Below are positions 50,001 to 57,686 of a stretch of DNA of 64,000 nucleotides, piece after piece. Made by a program: the position numbers and the translations under genes. Position 1 is the first letter of the stretch. The number at the start of each line of letters is the position of its first letter. This stretch comes from an uncultured Chitinophagales bacterium (GTDB taxonomy: Bacteria; Bacteroidota; Bacteroidia; Chitinophagales; JADIYW01). The DNA lies in the NCBI GenBank assembly GCA_964653095.1, contig CAZZEH010000002.1, positions 88,899 through 152,898 of the forward strand, written 5' to 3'. The notes below the pieces were generated by a model, which did not search any database, was not told the origin of the DNA, and worked only from the letters and a program-made list of their open reading frames with translations.

Positions 50001-53000
50001 GTTCCGGCTAACCAGTATTATGATTTAATATGCAGAGCGCAAAATATTACTAATGATATTGTGAATAACGGCGGTGTGACCCTACTCAGAACAAATAAAT
50101 GTTCCTGGGAGGAAATAGATGAACCTAATACGTCACAGGGAATTGAGGTAACCAAAACCGGTATTGATGCTTATGATAATACTGTGTGGTTTAAATTTCA
50201 GCCAAAAATTGACGGAGAATTTACTTTTGATATTACTACTAAAGCCGGTGCGATTAATTACCATAGGTTTACGCTGTACAATGCTCCTTCCGGTTCATTC
50301 AATTGTGCCAATCCAAATTGGAATAATTTGACCCGGATGAGTATGTTTAATGTAAACAGCAATGTAAACAACAATACATTTGGCTGTCTGTTGAAAGACC
50401 AGTGGTACTATATTCAGGTGAAAGGAAGGGCAGGTGATTTTGATTTGAAAATAACCCATAGTGCCAAGTCCGCATTGGATCACGATATGGTCTGTCAAGC
50501 ATGGGACTTTGGCACAGTCGAAAATACAACTGCCAGCGTAGGTAATCAGAATAACAGTTGTGCAACCCAAGAGTTAGGCGAACCGGGTATTAATGGGAAT
50601 TACAATGATATTAACTCATCAAATTATGACAGGACACTTTGGTATAAATTCCGAACACCTGCTCAGATTGGTGATTGGGAAATCTCGGTCACTAATCAAT
50701 CTCCTTTTAATGATCGAATTAGTGCCACCTTTACTCTTTATGAAGCGACCAAAGCTAATATTTGCTCTGGAGCCAATCCAGTTTGGACAAATCTGAATAA
50801 GAAAGACCAGCCGGGACTCCCGATAAATTTGACAGGAGATAACTCATTAGAAATTGAATGCTACAAGCTGAAACCCAATACTTGGTATTTTATTCAGGTT
50901 CATGGCAATGATGCCTGGCCGTTTGGAGATGTGGGTACTAATTTTCAGGTTTCTGTCAAGCACACTCCGAAATTAGCAGGCGGTAACGATAATGTTTGTA
51001 GCCCTGAGATACTAAGCTTCGGAGATGATCCTTATGCCGATAATAACTATTGTGCTACTTCGCAATACGGAGAAATAGATATAGACCCCTGGCCAGAGCA
51101 GGATCCGTTTAGAGACGGCAGAAACTATGACGAAACAATGTGGTACCGTTTTAGAGCACCCGCTCAGGGATATGTGAACATTATTGCCACAAGCAACAAC
51201 CTCCATATGGAGATGGACTTGTACGAGATTTCAAATGGGAGTACGATATGTGCAGGAGGTCAGCCTCAATGGAATAAGTTATTGAAGATTGGTAGTGAAA
51301 AGTCCTCTTTATTAAACCGGAATATCAGTTTAAAAAGTGATTGCCTTCTTCCAGGAAAATGGTATCTTATCCGAATTGACGGGAGGGATGGGATAACTTT
51401 TGACGATAGGGGAGATTATACTATTCAGGTAATTAACGAATATGAAGCCCAGCCCGTAGTATGTAACCCTGTACCTAATGATGATCCATGTAATTTACCT
51501 TCTGCATACGATTTATCTGATTATGTCTTAGAAAATCCTTGCCCGACTAATAGTATGAATTATATTGGAAGTTATGTCATATCCACAAGTACAAACCCGA
51601 GAATTGATTGTGCAACACGATCTCCGTTTGGGTCTCCTTGCGGGGGAATGAATAATTGCAGCGACTATTGGTATAAATTTACGGTACCTATGGATTCAGA
51701 AGGTGGTGTTAGGATACAGGGTAATGATGAGTACGGAGCTTCCAACGGAAACAACTCCACTCAGGTCGTTGCTGCGTACAGAGGCGATCCGTGTACGGGG
51801 CAATTACAATATTTGGGATGTGACTACGGTGGCAGTAGCATACTGGATAAAGATGTAGAATTTGATATTGCAGCTATACCGGGAGAGACTATATATATAC
51901 AAGTGTTTAATGATGATGCTCCATCTAACCCTAATTACTCTACGTTTGGACTTTGTCTGTCAACTCGCTGTGAACCTAAAACAGATTGTGGAGTAACAGA
52001 ATTGACTTATGAAGTGCCACAATGTTGGAATTTAGATGATAAAAATACTCCCGGGAATAACGGTTTGTACGGGAAATGTCTGCCGGGAAGCGTGAAATCC
52101 GAAAACTATTTTACATTCAAGACAGAGTGCGGTGCCACTTCTGACGGAGAACCCGATACGGTAACTATTGTATTTAGTATTACAGATGTATCTTCTAATA
52201 CAGCGTTGGCCATATATGAGGATGCTACTCCGTGCGACGGTTTGGAGGAATCAACTGTGATTAACTGCGTACCATTTGGTAACTGTGTGGGCTGTAGCCC
52301 GATTACAACTTTCTCTCAAACGTATCGATTGGAAGAATGCAAATCTTATGTCATCCAGGTTGTTGGTGAGAAGGACGGCGACGATGGTAGCAGTGGGCAG
52401 ATATACGTGTTTAAGTCAAGTAATCAACCGCCTGTCCTGCCGGTGGAGTTAGTGTCGTTTACAGGATATTATGACGGAACAAATAATATTCTTAACTGGA
52501 ATACGGCATCAGAGGAAAATACAGATCAGTTTATTATTGAAAAATCTCCGGATGGAGAACATTTTTCGGCTATCGGAATTGTGGGAGCTGCCGGAAATTC
52601 GGGAGAAATACAGAAATACAGTTTTGTAGATGAAGATGCCCGGATAGGCAACAACTATTACAGGTTGAGAATTGTAGATTTTGACGGGAAATATGAGTTT
52701 AGTAATGTGATAAATATAGAAGTTGACGGTACAGTTAAAAAGACAGAACAGAATACCTCAGTTCTTTCCATTTATCCCAACCCGACTGATAATAAGACTA
52801 AGGTAGAGATGTATGTAAGTGAAAAACATGCTGACTTTGAAGTTAAAGTGGTGAATATCCTTGGACAAATTCTGCATTCTGAAATGATATCATTTTCCAG
52901 AGGCAATGTTTCGTTTGAAATTGATGCCTCGAAGTATGCTCAGGGAGAATATATCATTTCAATCACCAATAAGAATTCATACGAGTCTTGGAATACGAAG

Positions 53001-53015
53001 TTTATAAAACAATAA
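44019..53015 (+). CDS. Giant (2998 aa) T9SS-secreted cell-surface protein: signal peptide, Cys-rich head, about 15 tandem Cys-bearing PPC-like modules, beta-sandwich domain, type A T9SS C-terminal sorting domain
   Basis: An uninterrupted 9-kb ORF. Signal peptide LSASTLFGQ. Recurring motifs ND.C.A, N.CAT.E.GEP, T.WYKF, C..PNT.YYIQVDG. C-terminal SIYPNPT...GEY.I.I...K sorting-domain pattern. An alternative start is ATG 44037. Confidence 0.9.
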   Translation: MIFYLNMNQPYLKKILTLSFLICSLLSASTLFGQVTVRYNGTATGLTTTCTDGCVWPFCPNDPERSFELEIKRVTGGNQADGGGATTAADNCSNTPNTSFSTKNAGITLYCSGAVIHIRGKAGESDAIIGCGGMECETPWSGWTNFTVLNTTSQNWGPVYVSGNGSTGNLSSTISFTGNFRANARDGNKNFSCATAWALPANGSGTPIDGHTTNCGDAWYKYTLTDNNLQYIEFEPTAPLSSLNTSEISEVRYNNCTGCQMGGEASFIGNKYRVDNPKPGDYFIRVHVFKTDLIGAFDLSFKLEVRKGSTVAVPSNDNLCDAIELSGNYNYNSGDLSASSNTKNASSEDYCGMNEPESDNEKTVWYKFTTGDLPPTVLTIDPKAGSSTQYGRAVLYKQNSVPNCNAYPTPNFFNALSKVGESTAGVSFKVRCLDPNKTYYLQLFTRQLLPLPSTKDAGPVSVTIENSGTTKGPDFICLPASSAIPGKDGYLGKLDSYDNTNLIAEKQTTSCATVSTGNGEPVNSSRSLKQTVWYRFDTPHADYSDSTLMHLYDISAIRLSSTSLLTNPRIFLYEETQNTNRACGDSNGDYANLKFIESSEEFYQEIGSFVPQDATLKDLCLKPNTKYFVRVDQAGLISVLGIDVFVDFDLVIKKSAFRPGNDICEATEMPGNIFTGRNKITTQNHARLTGAPFFGLPHSNKCASSDPGEPNVKPGAPGGVGDKYTASVWYKFTTDGAPSEWIEWDFSSKLLRGDRGDVCLLGEHFGANIFIYKSKNNTCSYPTLQIQSEYDKAWEVPPASSTPSVNRQRCPEPNTTYYVQVQDADFFSTDFSTCYEGVYDLTITTAGTTVNPPENDEPCGAIPLGTVPVSGSLDKDIRNNNKVFDNFCATPSKGFIPDPDHELKHDVWFAFVPPPSGSVMITAQSAPSGIPSNADKNIDLQIAIWEPIMGEHLQQPNCADPRYLWTPIVSRNHGLLDYEDSDLLGIFDTYYNIVDTKNNILFTKGNSLIATCLDPGKLYYIQVDGTDYFLCDFLNGGDCTMGYFSMQVTDAGLYDMASMRDQPAGNDEPCGAKTLNVQPYNRTEAQLTWQVGSNLCASGFNDPLPSTWNSTDATVWYKFTAPASGRVKIRAKENGRINRRDKSNPNSPNAQLATSNHDYHDGINLQLALYTMGNCLNKSSLVEITSSYDGALVEMNPANEDDFIGLTEITGRDEYMVARCLIPGKEYYIMVDGENDPTIGYTSTIQEILPNSIKYVTGDFKISVQDDSPIEVSMNDNVCDAFEITGVNTLGVNSTKTTGIFNNDCATIEPHIEGHGKIAEKIKGKFWGIVNTSPATANHTLWFKFRAPSSGKVNIKAINDNRDKMDIAMALYDFPGENCNLAADGFMIEGNYDPGVLRGDAEMDVECLIPGRYYYLQVFGESNNVLCTLGGSNCERGLFHLEIKHLPFQARSDIPPQKNDNVCDATLLGNLNPGGVLNKPSQNNRCSTEEINEPGGYGFNFSFFDDQLRGVWYGFKTGAGSNHPGQITIEVTNPSHACLNLHVELFEYKGAFDKTTCESQTNLNTQFNKLLKVGKGSAFLTRSEKLVLDCPKPNTEYFIRVTGTASATCFGFGDTQGDFDLKVSMSGVSISSPENDDICDATQGGNKGNLGTLPSGGTKSVSNHNNICATQELGEPNTTQSAVQSEPEYDETTWYKFRTSANPGKITIRLKTIAPIDGSATVPSFTVYKGSSANYSPCGNAGFSGLIDLGGDWSSNTSLGSFTIRDGVLVLPCPSPNWNYFIQVDGYDFALLGVTIPGYTSQFVYDLIVTDDGSENIYPENDNIADAIPVDDVPPLNGQLASGGTLTIAGHNLCATVESGEPNVDSDVSDHQKSAEDETVWYYFITPANPGVTKITVKKDPAYPEPLSPNFTLYYNNGTAPTYARITEAPSSKLVQEGNSGNNTGLGATATANYTCLLPNTKYYIQVDGYDNVPTRTDQGHFIVTVEDDGTGTDVPANQYYDLICRAQNITNDIVNNGGVTLLRTNKCSWEEIDEPNTSQGIEVTKTGIDAYDNTVWFKFQPKIDGEFTFDITTKAGAINYHRFTLYNAPSGSFNCANPNWNNLTRMSMFNVNSNVNNNTFGCLLKDQWYYIQVKGRAGDFDLKITHSAKSALDHDMVCQAWDFGTVENTTASVGNQNNSCATQELGEPGINGNYNDINSSNYDRTLWYKFRTPAQIGDWEISVTNQSPFNDRISATFTLYEATKANICSGANPVWTNLNKKDQPGLPINLTGDNSLEIECYKLKPNTWYFIQVHGNDAWPFGDVGTNFQVSVKHTPKLAGGNDNVCSPEILSFGDDPYADNNYCATSQYGEIDIDPWPEQDPFRDGRNYDETMWYRFRAPAQGYVNIIATSNNLHMEMDLYEISNGSTICAGGQPQWNKLLKIGSEKSSLLNRNISLKSDCLLPGKWYLIRIDGRDGITFDDRGDYTIQVINEYEAQPVVCNPVPNDDPCNLPSAYDLSDYVLENPCPTNSMNYIGSYVISTSTNPRIDCATRSPFGSPCGGMNNCSDYWYKFTVPMDSEGGVRIQGNDEYGASNGNNSTQVVAAYRGDPCTGQLQYLGCDYGGSSILDKDVEFDIAAIPGETIYIQVFNDDAPSNPNYSTFGLCLSTRCEPKTDCGVTELTYEVPQCWNLDDKNTPGNNGLYGKCLPGSVKSENYFTFKTECGATSDGEPDTVTIVFSITDVSSNTALAIYEDATPCDGLEESTVINCVPFGNCVGCSPITTFSQTYRLEECKSYVIQVVGEKDGDDGSSGQIYVFKSSNQPPVLPVELVSFTGYYDGTNNILNWNTASEENTDQFIIEKSPDGEHFSAIGIVGAAGNSGEIQKYSFVDEDARIGNNYYRLRIVDFDGKYEFSNVINIEVDGTVKKTEQNTSVLSIYPNPTDNKTKVEMYVSEKHADFEVKVVNILGQILHSEMISFSRGNVSFEIDASKYAQGEYIISITNKNSYESWNTKFIKQ
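44961..52439 (+). repeat. Protein-level tandem array of 14 modules (157-210 aa each), preceded by a degenerate module at about 44550-44960
   Basis: Module starts (the ND.C motif) are at about 44961, 45433, 45990, 46572, 47204, 47834, 48381, 48912, 49470, 50004, 50475, 50979, 51471 and 51966. The invariant Trp codon of the W(Y/F)xF motif is at 44673, 45111, 45615, 46203, 46740, 47364, 48042, 48552, 49098, 49659, 50187, 50640, 51141 and 51669. The last module has YFTF instead. Confidence 0.8.
52758..53012 (+). other. Type A T9SS C-terminal sorting domain (Por_Secre_tail-like)
   Basis: SVLSIYPNPTDNKTKVEM...VKVVNILGQ...YAQGEYIISI...TKFIKQ, about 85 aa at the extreme C-terminus. Confidence 0.8.
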
Positions 53016-53111
53016 GTTTGAAGAACACTATAGATTTAGGACTTAATCCTTTAGGGAGTAGGAGTGAGGTTGACCTCAAAATATAATGGGAGATTCTGAG
53101 ATACCTGAGAA

Positions 53112-54431
53112 CTAAAACGGAAGGTTTATTTTCCCTTTTCCGGACATTGCAGTCATTTTTTTCATCATTTTCTTCATCTCCTCAAACTGTTTGATGAATT
53201 GATTGACATCCTGAATGTCGCTGCCCGAACCGTTTGCAATTCGTCGTCGTCTTGTACCGTTGAGAATATCCGGATTGGCTCTTTCCTCAGGTGTCATGGA
53301 GTAAATCATGGCCTCAATTTTTCGGAAAGCGTTATCGTCAATATCAATATCTTTCATGGCTTTGCCCATGCCGGGTATCATACCGAGAAGGTCTTTGATA
53401 TTACCCATTTTTCTGATTTGGTTGAGCTGCCCCAAGAAGTCGTTAAAATCAAATTTATTTTTTACAATCTTCTTTTGAAGTCTTGCGGCTTCTTTTTCAT
53501 CAAAATTTTCCTGAGCTTTTTCTACAAATGAAACGATATCACCCATACCCAAAATACGCTGGGCCATCCTGTCCGGATAAAAAATATCAAGAGTATCAAG
53601 CTTTTCACCCCGGCTGACAAATTTTATGGGTTTGTTGACAGTGTATTTAATAGATAGAGCTGCACCACCACGGGTATCCCCGTCTAATTTGGTCAGCACC
53701 ACTCCGTCAAAATTGATTCGGTCGTTAAATGCTTTGGCGGTATTGACGGCGTCCTGACCTGTCATAGAGTCCACTACAAACAAAGTTTCCTGAGGCTGAA
53801 CGGCATCCTTGATTTGAGCGATTTCGTTCATCATTTCCTCATCTATGGCCAATCGCCCCGCGGTGTCTATGATGACCGCATTGAAGTGGTTAGATTTGGC
53901 ATAAGCTATCGCATTTTGAGCGATAGATACGGGATTTTTATTTTCAGGTTCGCTGTAAACTTCTACATTGATTTGTTCTCCCAAAACTTTGAGCTGGTCA
54001 ATTGCAGCCGGGCGATAGACGTCACAGGCTACCAATAGAGGGCTGCGCTTGAGTTTATCTTTAAGGTATTTGGCAAGCTTTCCGGAAAAAGTTGTTTTTC
54101 CCGAACCCTGAAGGCCTGAAATGAGTACGATTGCCGGGTTGCCTTTTATGTTGATATTCTCTACGTTGCCGCCCATGAGGGCAGTAAGTTCGTCGGAAAC
54201 AATTTTAACCATCAACTGAGAAGGATTGACGTTTTGTATCACTTTTTCACCGATGGCTTTGTCTTTGATTTTATCGGTAAATTCCTTGGCTATTTTATAG
54301 TTTACGTCTGCATCTACTAAGGCTCTTCTGATTTCCTTAATGGTCGTGGCTATATTAATGTCTGTAATAGAGGCCTGACCTTTGAGGTTTTTGAAAGCCG
54401 AGTCTAACCGATCCTGAAGATTTTCAAACAT
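53112..54431 (-). CDS. ffh: Signal recognition particle protein Ffh
   Basis: 439 aa. SRP54 N/G domains (GLQGSGKTT, DTAGR, LTKLDGD) and a Met-rich M domain. Confidence 0.95.
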   Translation of the reverse strand: MFENLQDRLDSAFKNLKGQASITDINIATTIKEIRRALVDADVNYKIAKEFTDKIKDKAIGEKVIQNVNPSQLMVKIVSDELTALMGGNVENINIKGNPAIVLISGLQGSGKTTFSGKLAKYLKDKLKRSPLLVACDVYRPAAIDQLKVLGEQINVEVYSEPENKNPVSIAQNAIAYAKSNHFNAVIIDTAGRLAIDEEMMNEIAQIKDAVQPQETLFVVDSMTGQDAVNTAKAFNDRINFDGVVLTKLDGDTRGGAALSIKYTVNKPIKFVSRGEKLDTLDIFYPDRMAQRILGMGDIVSFVEKAQENFDEKEAARLQKKIVKNKFDFNDFLGQLNQIRKMGNIKDLLGMIPGMGKAMKDIDIDDNAFRKIEAMIYSMTPEERANPDILNGTRRRRIANGSGSDIQDVNQFIKQFEEMKKMMKKMTAMSGKGKINLPF

Positions 54432-54455
54432 ATTTTACTCTTTGATTGTATTATA

Positions 54456-54494
54456 GCAAAAATAAAAGAAGCAACCCAAAAAAAGAGTTGCTTC
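54456..54494 (-). terminator. Intrinsic terminator downstream of the GAPDH gene
   Basis: 8-bp stem gaagcaac/gttgcttc. On the minus strand the hairpin is followed by TTTTATTTTTG. Confidence 0.65.
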
Positions 54495-54516
54495 ACGAAT
54501 AATTTTAAGAATAATG

Positions 54517-55965
54517 TTAGTAGTAGGTGAGTCTTTGCACTTTTGCCACATATTTGGCTAATCTCATCACCTGACATGTATATCCAAACTCGTTATCATA
54601 CCATACATACAGTACTACACTCTTTTTGTTGGGAGAGACAAGTGTAGCATTGGAATCCACTATGGATGCATGGGTATTGCCGATACAGTCCGTTGAAACC
54701 AATTCTGTAGAGGTGGAGTAATCTATCTGTTCAATTAAATCTCCGTTTGAAGCGGCGTCTTTTAGAATTTCGTTGATTTCATCCATGCCGCTGGCCACTT
54801 CCTTGGAGAGATTAAGATTTAAGATTGCCAAAGAAACATTTGGTGTAGGTACGCGAACCGCATTTCCGGTGAATTTATTGGAGAGTTGCGGGAGTACTTT
54901 CGAAACTGCTCCTGCTGCACCGGTTTCGGTTATAACCATATTAAGCGGTGCCGAACGGCCTCTTCTGTATTTTTTGTGAAAGTTATCCAAAAGGTTTTGG
55001 TCATTTGTATAGGAATGCACAGACTCAATATGACCGTTTTCGATTCCATAAATTTTGTCTATCACATCCAGTACCGGAGAAATTCCATTGGTAGTACAGG
55101 ATGCTGCCGAAAAAATATCTGTGGAGTCCGGGGTAAATTGTTTGTGGTTGACACCGTACACAATGTTCGGAATTTTATCTTTGCCCGGTGCCGTCAGCAA
55201 TACTTTGGATATCCCCTTACTTTTCAGGTGCTGGCTCAGGCCTTCGGTATCTCTCCATACTCCTGAGTTGTCGATAAGCAGGGCGTTATTGATTCCATAT
55301 TGCGTATAATCTACTTCTGCGGGATTGGAAGCGGCTATCATTTTGACCTCGCGACCATTGATTATAAGTGATTTGTTTTCCAGATCTTCACTAATTACTC
55401 CTCTGAACTTTCCGTGTACCGAGTCTTTTCTCAGTAGGGAAGACCTTTTAATAATATCTTTGTCAGAATTACTTCTTGTAACAATTGCTCTTAATCTTAA
55501 TTGCTCACCTTTCCCGATTTGTCCGATTAATAACCTTGCAACTAAACGACCAATACGTCCAAAGCCGTATAATACCACATCTCTTGGCTGCAAAACTTTT
55601 TTGTCTTTCCCTATGAGGTTAACGAGCTTGTCCTGAAGGAATTCTCTTATATCGGCATAATTGTCTTTTTCTGCTAACCATTCCTTTCCCAACAACCCCA
55701 CATCTATACGTGACGGCGCTACATCAAGCTCTGATATAGTGCGGCAAATATCCAGCGTTATAGTAGTAGTAAGCGGTTGTTGAATAAAATTACGTGCGTA
55801 TTCATGATGATTCAAAATTTCACTTGCACGTGCATCTACAATATTTCTTCTGAAAATAATCAGTTCGACAGAATCGTCTAAAAGAAGTTTACCGGCAACA
55901 TTGATAATTTCAAAAGCCTTTTTTTCTCTTTCCAGCCATTCTTCGGCAGAGGTGTTTTTGACCAT
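54517..55965 (-). CDS. gap: Glyceraldehyde-3-phosphate dehydrogenase, long form (482 aa, with an N-terminal extension of about 130 aa)
   Basis: YGFGRIGR Rossmann motif begins about residue 133. Catalytic SCTTN and the WYDNE motif near the C-terminus. Confidence 0.88.
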   Translation of the reverse strand: MVKNTSAEEWLEREKKAFEIINVAGKLLLDDSVELIIFRRNIVDARASEILNHHEYARNFIQQPLTTTITLDICRTISELDVAPSRIDVGLLGKEWLAEKDNYADIREFLQDKLVNLIGKDKKVLQPRDVVLYGFGRIGRLVARLLIGQIGKGEQLRLRAIVTRSNSDKDIIKRSSLLRKDSVHGKFRGVISEDLENKSLIINGREVKMIAASNPAEVDYTQYGINNALLIDNSGVWRDTEGLSQHLKSKGISKVLLTAPGKDKIPNIVYGVNHKQFTPDSTDIFSAASCTTNGISPVLDVIDKIYGIENGHIESVHSYTNDQNLLDNFHKKYRRGRSAPLNMVITETGAAGAVSKVLPQLSNKFTGNAVRVPTPNVSLAILNLNLSKEVASGMDEINEILKDAASNGDLIEQIDYSTSTELVSTDCIGNTHASIVDSNATLVSPNKKSVVLYVWYDNEFGYTCQVMRLAKYVAKVQRLTYY

Positions 55966-55999
55966 TTTGATGTGATTAAATTTATGGATTTAGATAAAG

Positions 56000-56869
56000 T
56001 TATTGACCTAAATAGTTTTTTAGCAGTTTGCTTCGAGAAGTGACTCTAAGTTTATTAATCGCCTTGTCTTTGATTTGTCTGACTCGTTCTCTTGTCAGAG
56101 CAAATTTTTCACCAATATCTTCTAACGACATTGGGTGTGGAATTCCTATGCCGAAATAGTACATAATCACATCACGCTGACGATCCGTTAGAGTATTAAG
56201 CGATCGACGGACTTCCACGCTCAAAGATTCCATGTATTCCAACCTTTCGTCTGTTTTTGGAAGATTGGTGTTTTCAAGTACGTCCAAAAGAGAGTTTTCT
56301 TCTCCTACCTGAAAAGGAGCATCTACCGAAACGTGTCTTGCAGCCACACCAAGAGTCGTTTCTACTTCTTCTCTGTTGATTTCAAGCAATTCTGCCAATT
56401 CATCGGCGGACGGCTCACGCTCATACTCCTGTTCCAATTGTGAAAAAGCTTTGTTGATTTTGTTAAGCGAACCTACTTTATTGAGAGGTAGCCTGACTAT
56501 ACGGGATTGCTCTGCCAAAGCCTGTAGAATGGATTGTCTAATCCACCAGACTGCATAGGAAATAAATTTAAATCCTCTCGTTTCATCAAATCTTTGAGCA
56601 GCTTTTATCAATCCGAGATTGCCTTCATTAATCAGGTCGCTGAGAGTTAATCCCTGATTTTGGTATTGTTTGGCTACAGAAACCACAAAACGCAGGTTGG
56701 CTTTGGTCAATTGTTCCAATGCTAACTGGTCGCCCTGTTTGATACGTTGTGCCAAGCTGACTTCTTCATCCGGAGTTAATAGATCTACTTTACCTATCTC
56801 CTGAAGATATTTCTCTAAAGACTGGCTTTCACGGTTTGTAATGGATTTGGTAATCTTAAGTTGACGCAT
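56000..56869 (-). CDS. rpoD: Primary RNA polymerase sigma factor (RpoD/SigA, short Bacteroidota type)
   Basis: 289 aa. Region 2 ([12 protein letters not shown]...GLIKA..RFD...GFKF.SYA.WWIRQ), and regions 3 and 4 ([12 protein letters not shown]...[18 protein letters not shown]). Confidence 0.93.
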   Translation of the reverse strand: MRQLKITKSITNRESQSLEKYLQEIGKVDLLTPDEEVSLAQRIKQGDQLALEQLTKANLRFVVSVAKQYQNQGLTLSDLINEGNLGLIKAAQRFDETRGFKFISYAVWWIRQSILQALAEQSRIVRLPLNKVGSLNKINKAFSQLEQEYEREPSADELAELLEINREEVETTLGVAARHVSVDAPFQVGEENSLLDVLENTNLPKTDERLEYMESLSVEVRRSLNTLTDRQRDVIMYYFGIGIPHPMSLEDIGEKFALTRERVRQIKDKAINKLRVTSRSKLLKNYLGQ

Positions 56870-56897
56870 AGTAAAAAGAAAACTTTTAAAAAGTGTG

Positions 56898-56928
56898 CAA
56901 ATATATGTCTATTCTGTATCAATAACAA
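56898..56928 (-). promoter_or_regulatory. Candidate Bacteroidota promoter for rpoD (-33 TTG, 20 nt, -7 TAtaTTTG on the minus strand)
   Basis: caaatata at 56898-56905 is TATATTTG on the minus strand. caa at 56926-56928 is TTG on the minus strand, 20 nt upstream of it. The element lies 29 nt upstream of the rpoD ATG. Confidence 0.45.
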
Positions 56929-57152
56929 TAAATTCTATGAATAGTGTTCAGTTATAGTATTTAATAAATCTTTAAATTGAGGAATTGAGACTTTCGATAA
57001 CATATTTAGAGTGTGTTTTAGTCTTTATTTGTTATGGCGAACATTTCTCAATATGTATATAACACCATATAAAAATAATTGTTGTCAATTAATTTGGTTA
57101 AATACAATTTTTGTTTATAATTGTCGCAAACGAATTTTTTTATTTACGTATA

Positions 57153-57539
57153 ATGTCTCAAAAGAAAAAACTATTTACAATAGAGCGAACGTTTCGCTCG
57201 TCACCGGCAATTTTATATAAATTTTTGACCACACCGAGTGGGCTTATTCAGTGGTTTTCAGATTCTGCTGATTTAAACGAGGATGTATATACATTTGGAT
57301 GGAGTGGGGAAGAACAACATGCGGAAGTGCTTAACTCGGAAGAAGGGGAGTTTATCAAACTCAGATGGGAAGATGAAGAAGATGACAAAGCTTATTTTGA
57401 GTATGATATCAGAAAAAATGAGATCACAGGAGATACCGTTTTGTATATTACCGACTTTGCATATAAAGATGAATTAGATAGTGCTATCTCCTTGTGGGAG
57501 AGTCAATTAGATGATTTAAAAAAATGCATAGGCGGATAA
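57153..57539 (+). CDS. START-like / SRPBCC superfamily protein
   Basis: MSQKKKLFTIERTFRSSPAILYKFLTTPSGLIQWF resembles the N-terminus of AHSA1/START-like proteins. The ORF-track start at 57111 (TTG) is unlikely. Confidence 0.6.
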   Translation: MSQKKKLFTIERTFRSSPAILYKFLTTPSGLIQWFSDSADLNEDVYTFGWSGEEQHAEVLNSEEGEFIKLRWEDEEDDKAYFEYDIRKNEITGDTVLYITDFAYKDELDSAISLWESQLDDLKKCIGG

Positions 57540-57686
57540 CAAAAAATAGGCCTTCAGGATGTGTTTTTTATGCACTTAAGCAATGATTACATCAGATTTT
57601 AACTATGATAAACAGATAGCTGAATATACGAAGATAGATGTTTGATTAGGATTCATTGTACTGAAAATGTCTTAAAGGATTGAGAG

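Noticed and set aside
44048-51206. Many 60-130-aa ORFs on both strands inside the giant gene (for example 44366-44752 minus, 45711-46073 minus, 47144-47449 minus)
   Set aside because: They are shadow ORFs wholly inside a 9-kb ORF with strong periodic protein motifs. Their translations are low-complexity with no motifs.
44961-52439. Nucleotide-level tandem repeats (VNTR or recent duplications) in the giant gene
   Set aside because: The modules share protein motifs, but their lengths vary (471-632 nt) and codon usage within the shared motifs differs. I saw no long identical nucleotide runs between modules by eye. This looks like an ancient, diverged protein-level repeat rather than a slippage-prone DNA repeat. 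A nucleotide self dot-plot would confirm this.
57011-57220. 69-aa ORF upstream of and overlapping the START-like gene
   Set aside because: It has a Cys/Asn/Tyr-rich low-complexity translation in an AT-rich divergent promoter region. It overlaps the better-supported frame starting at 57153.
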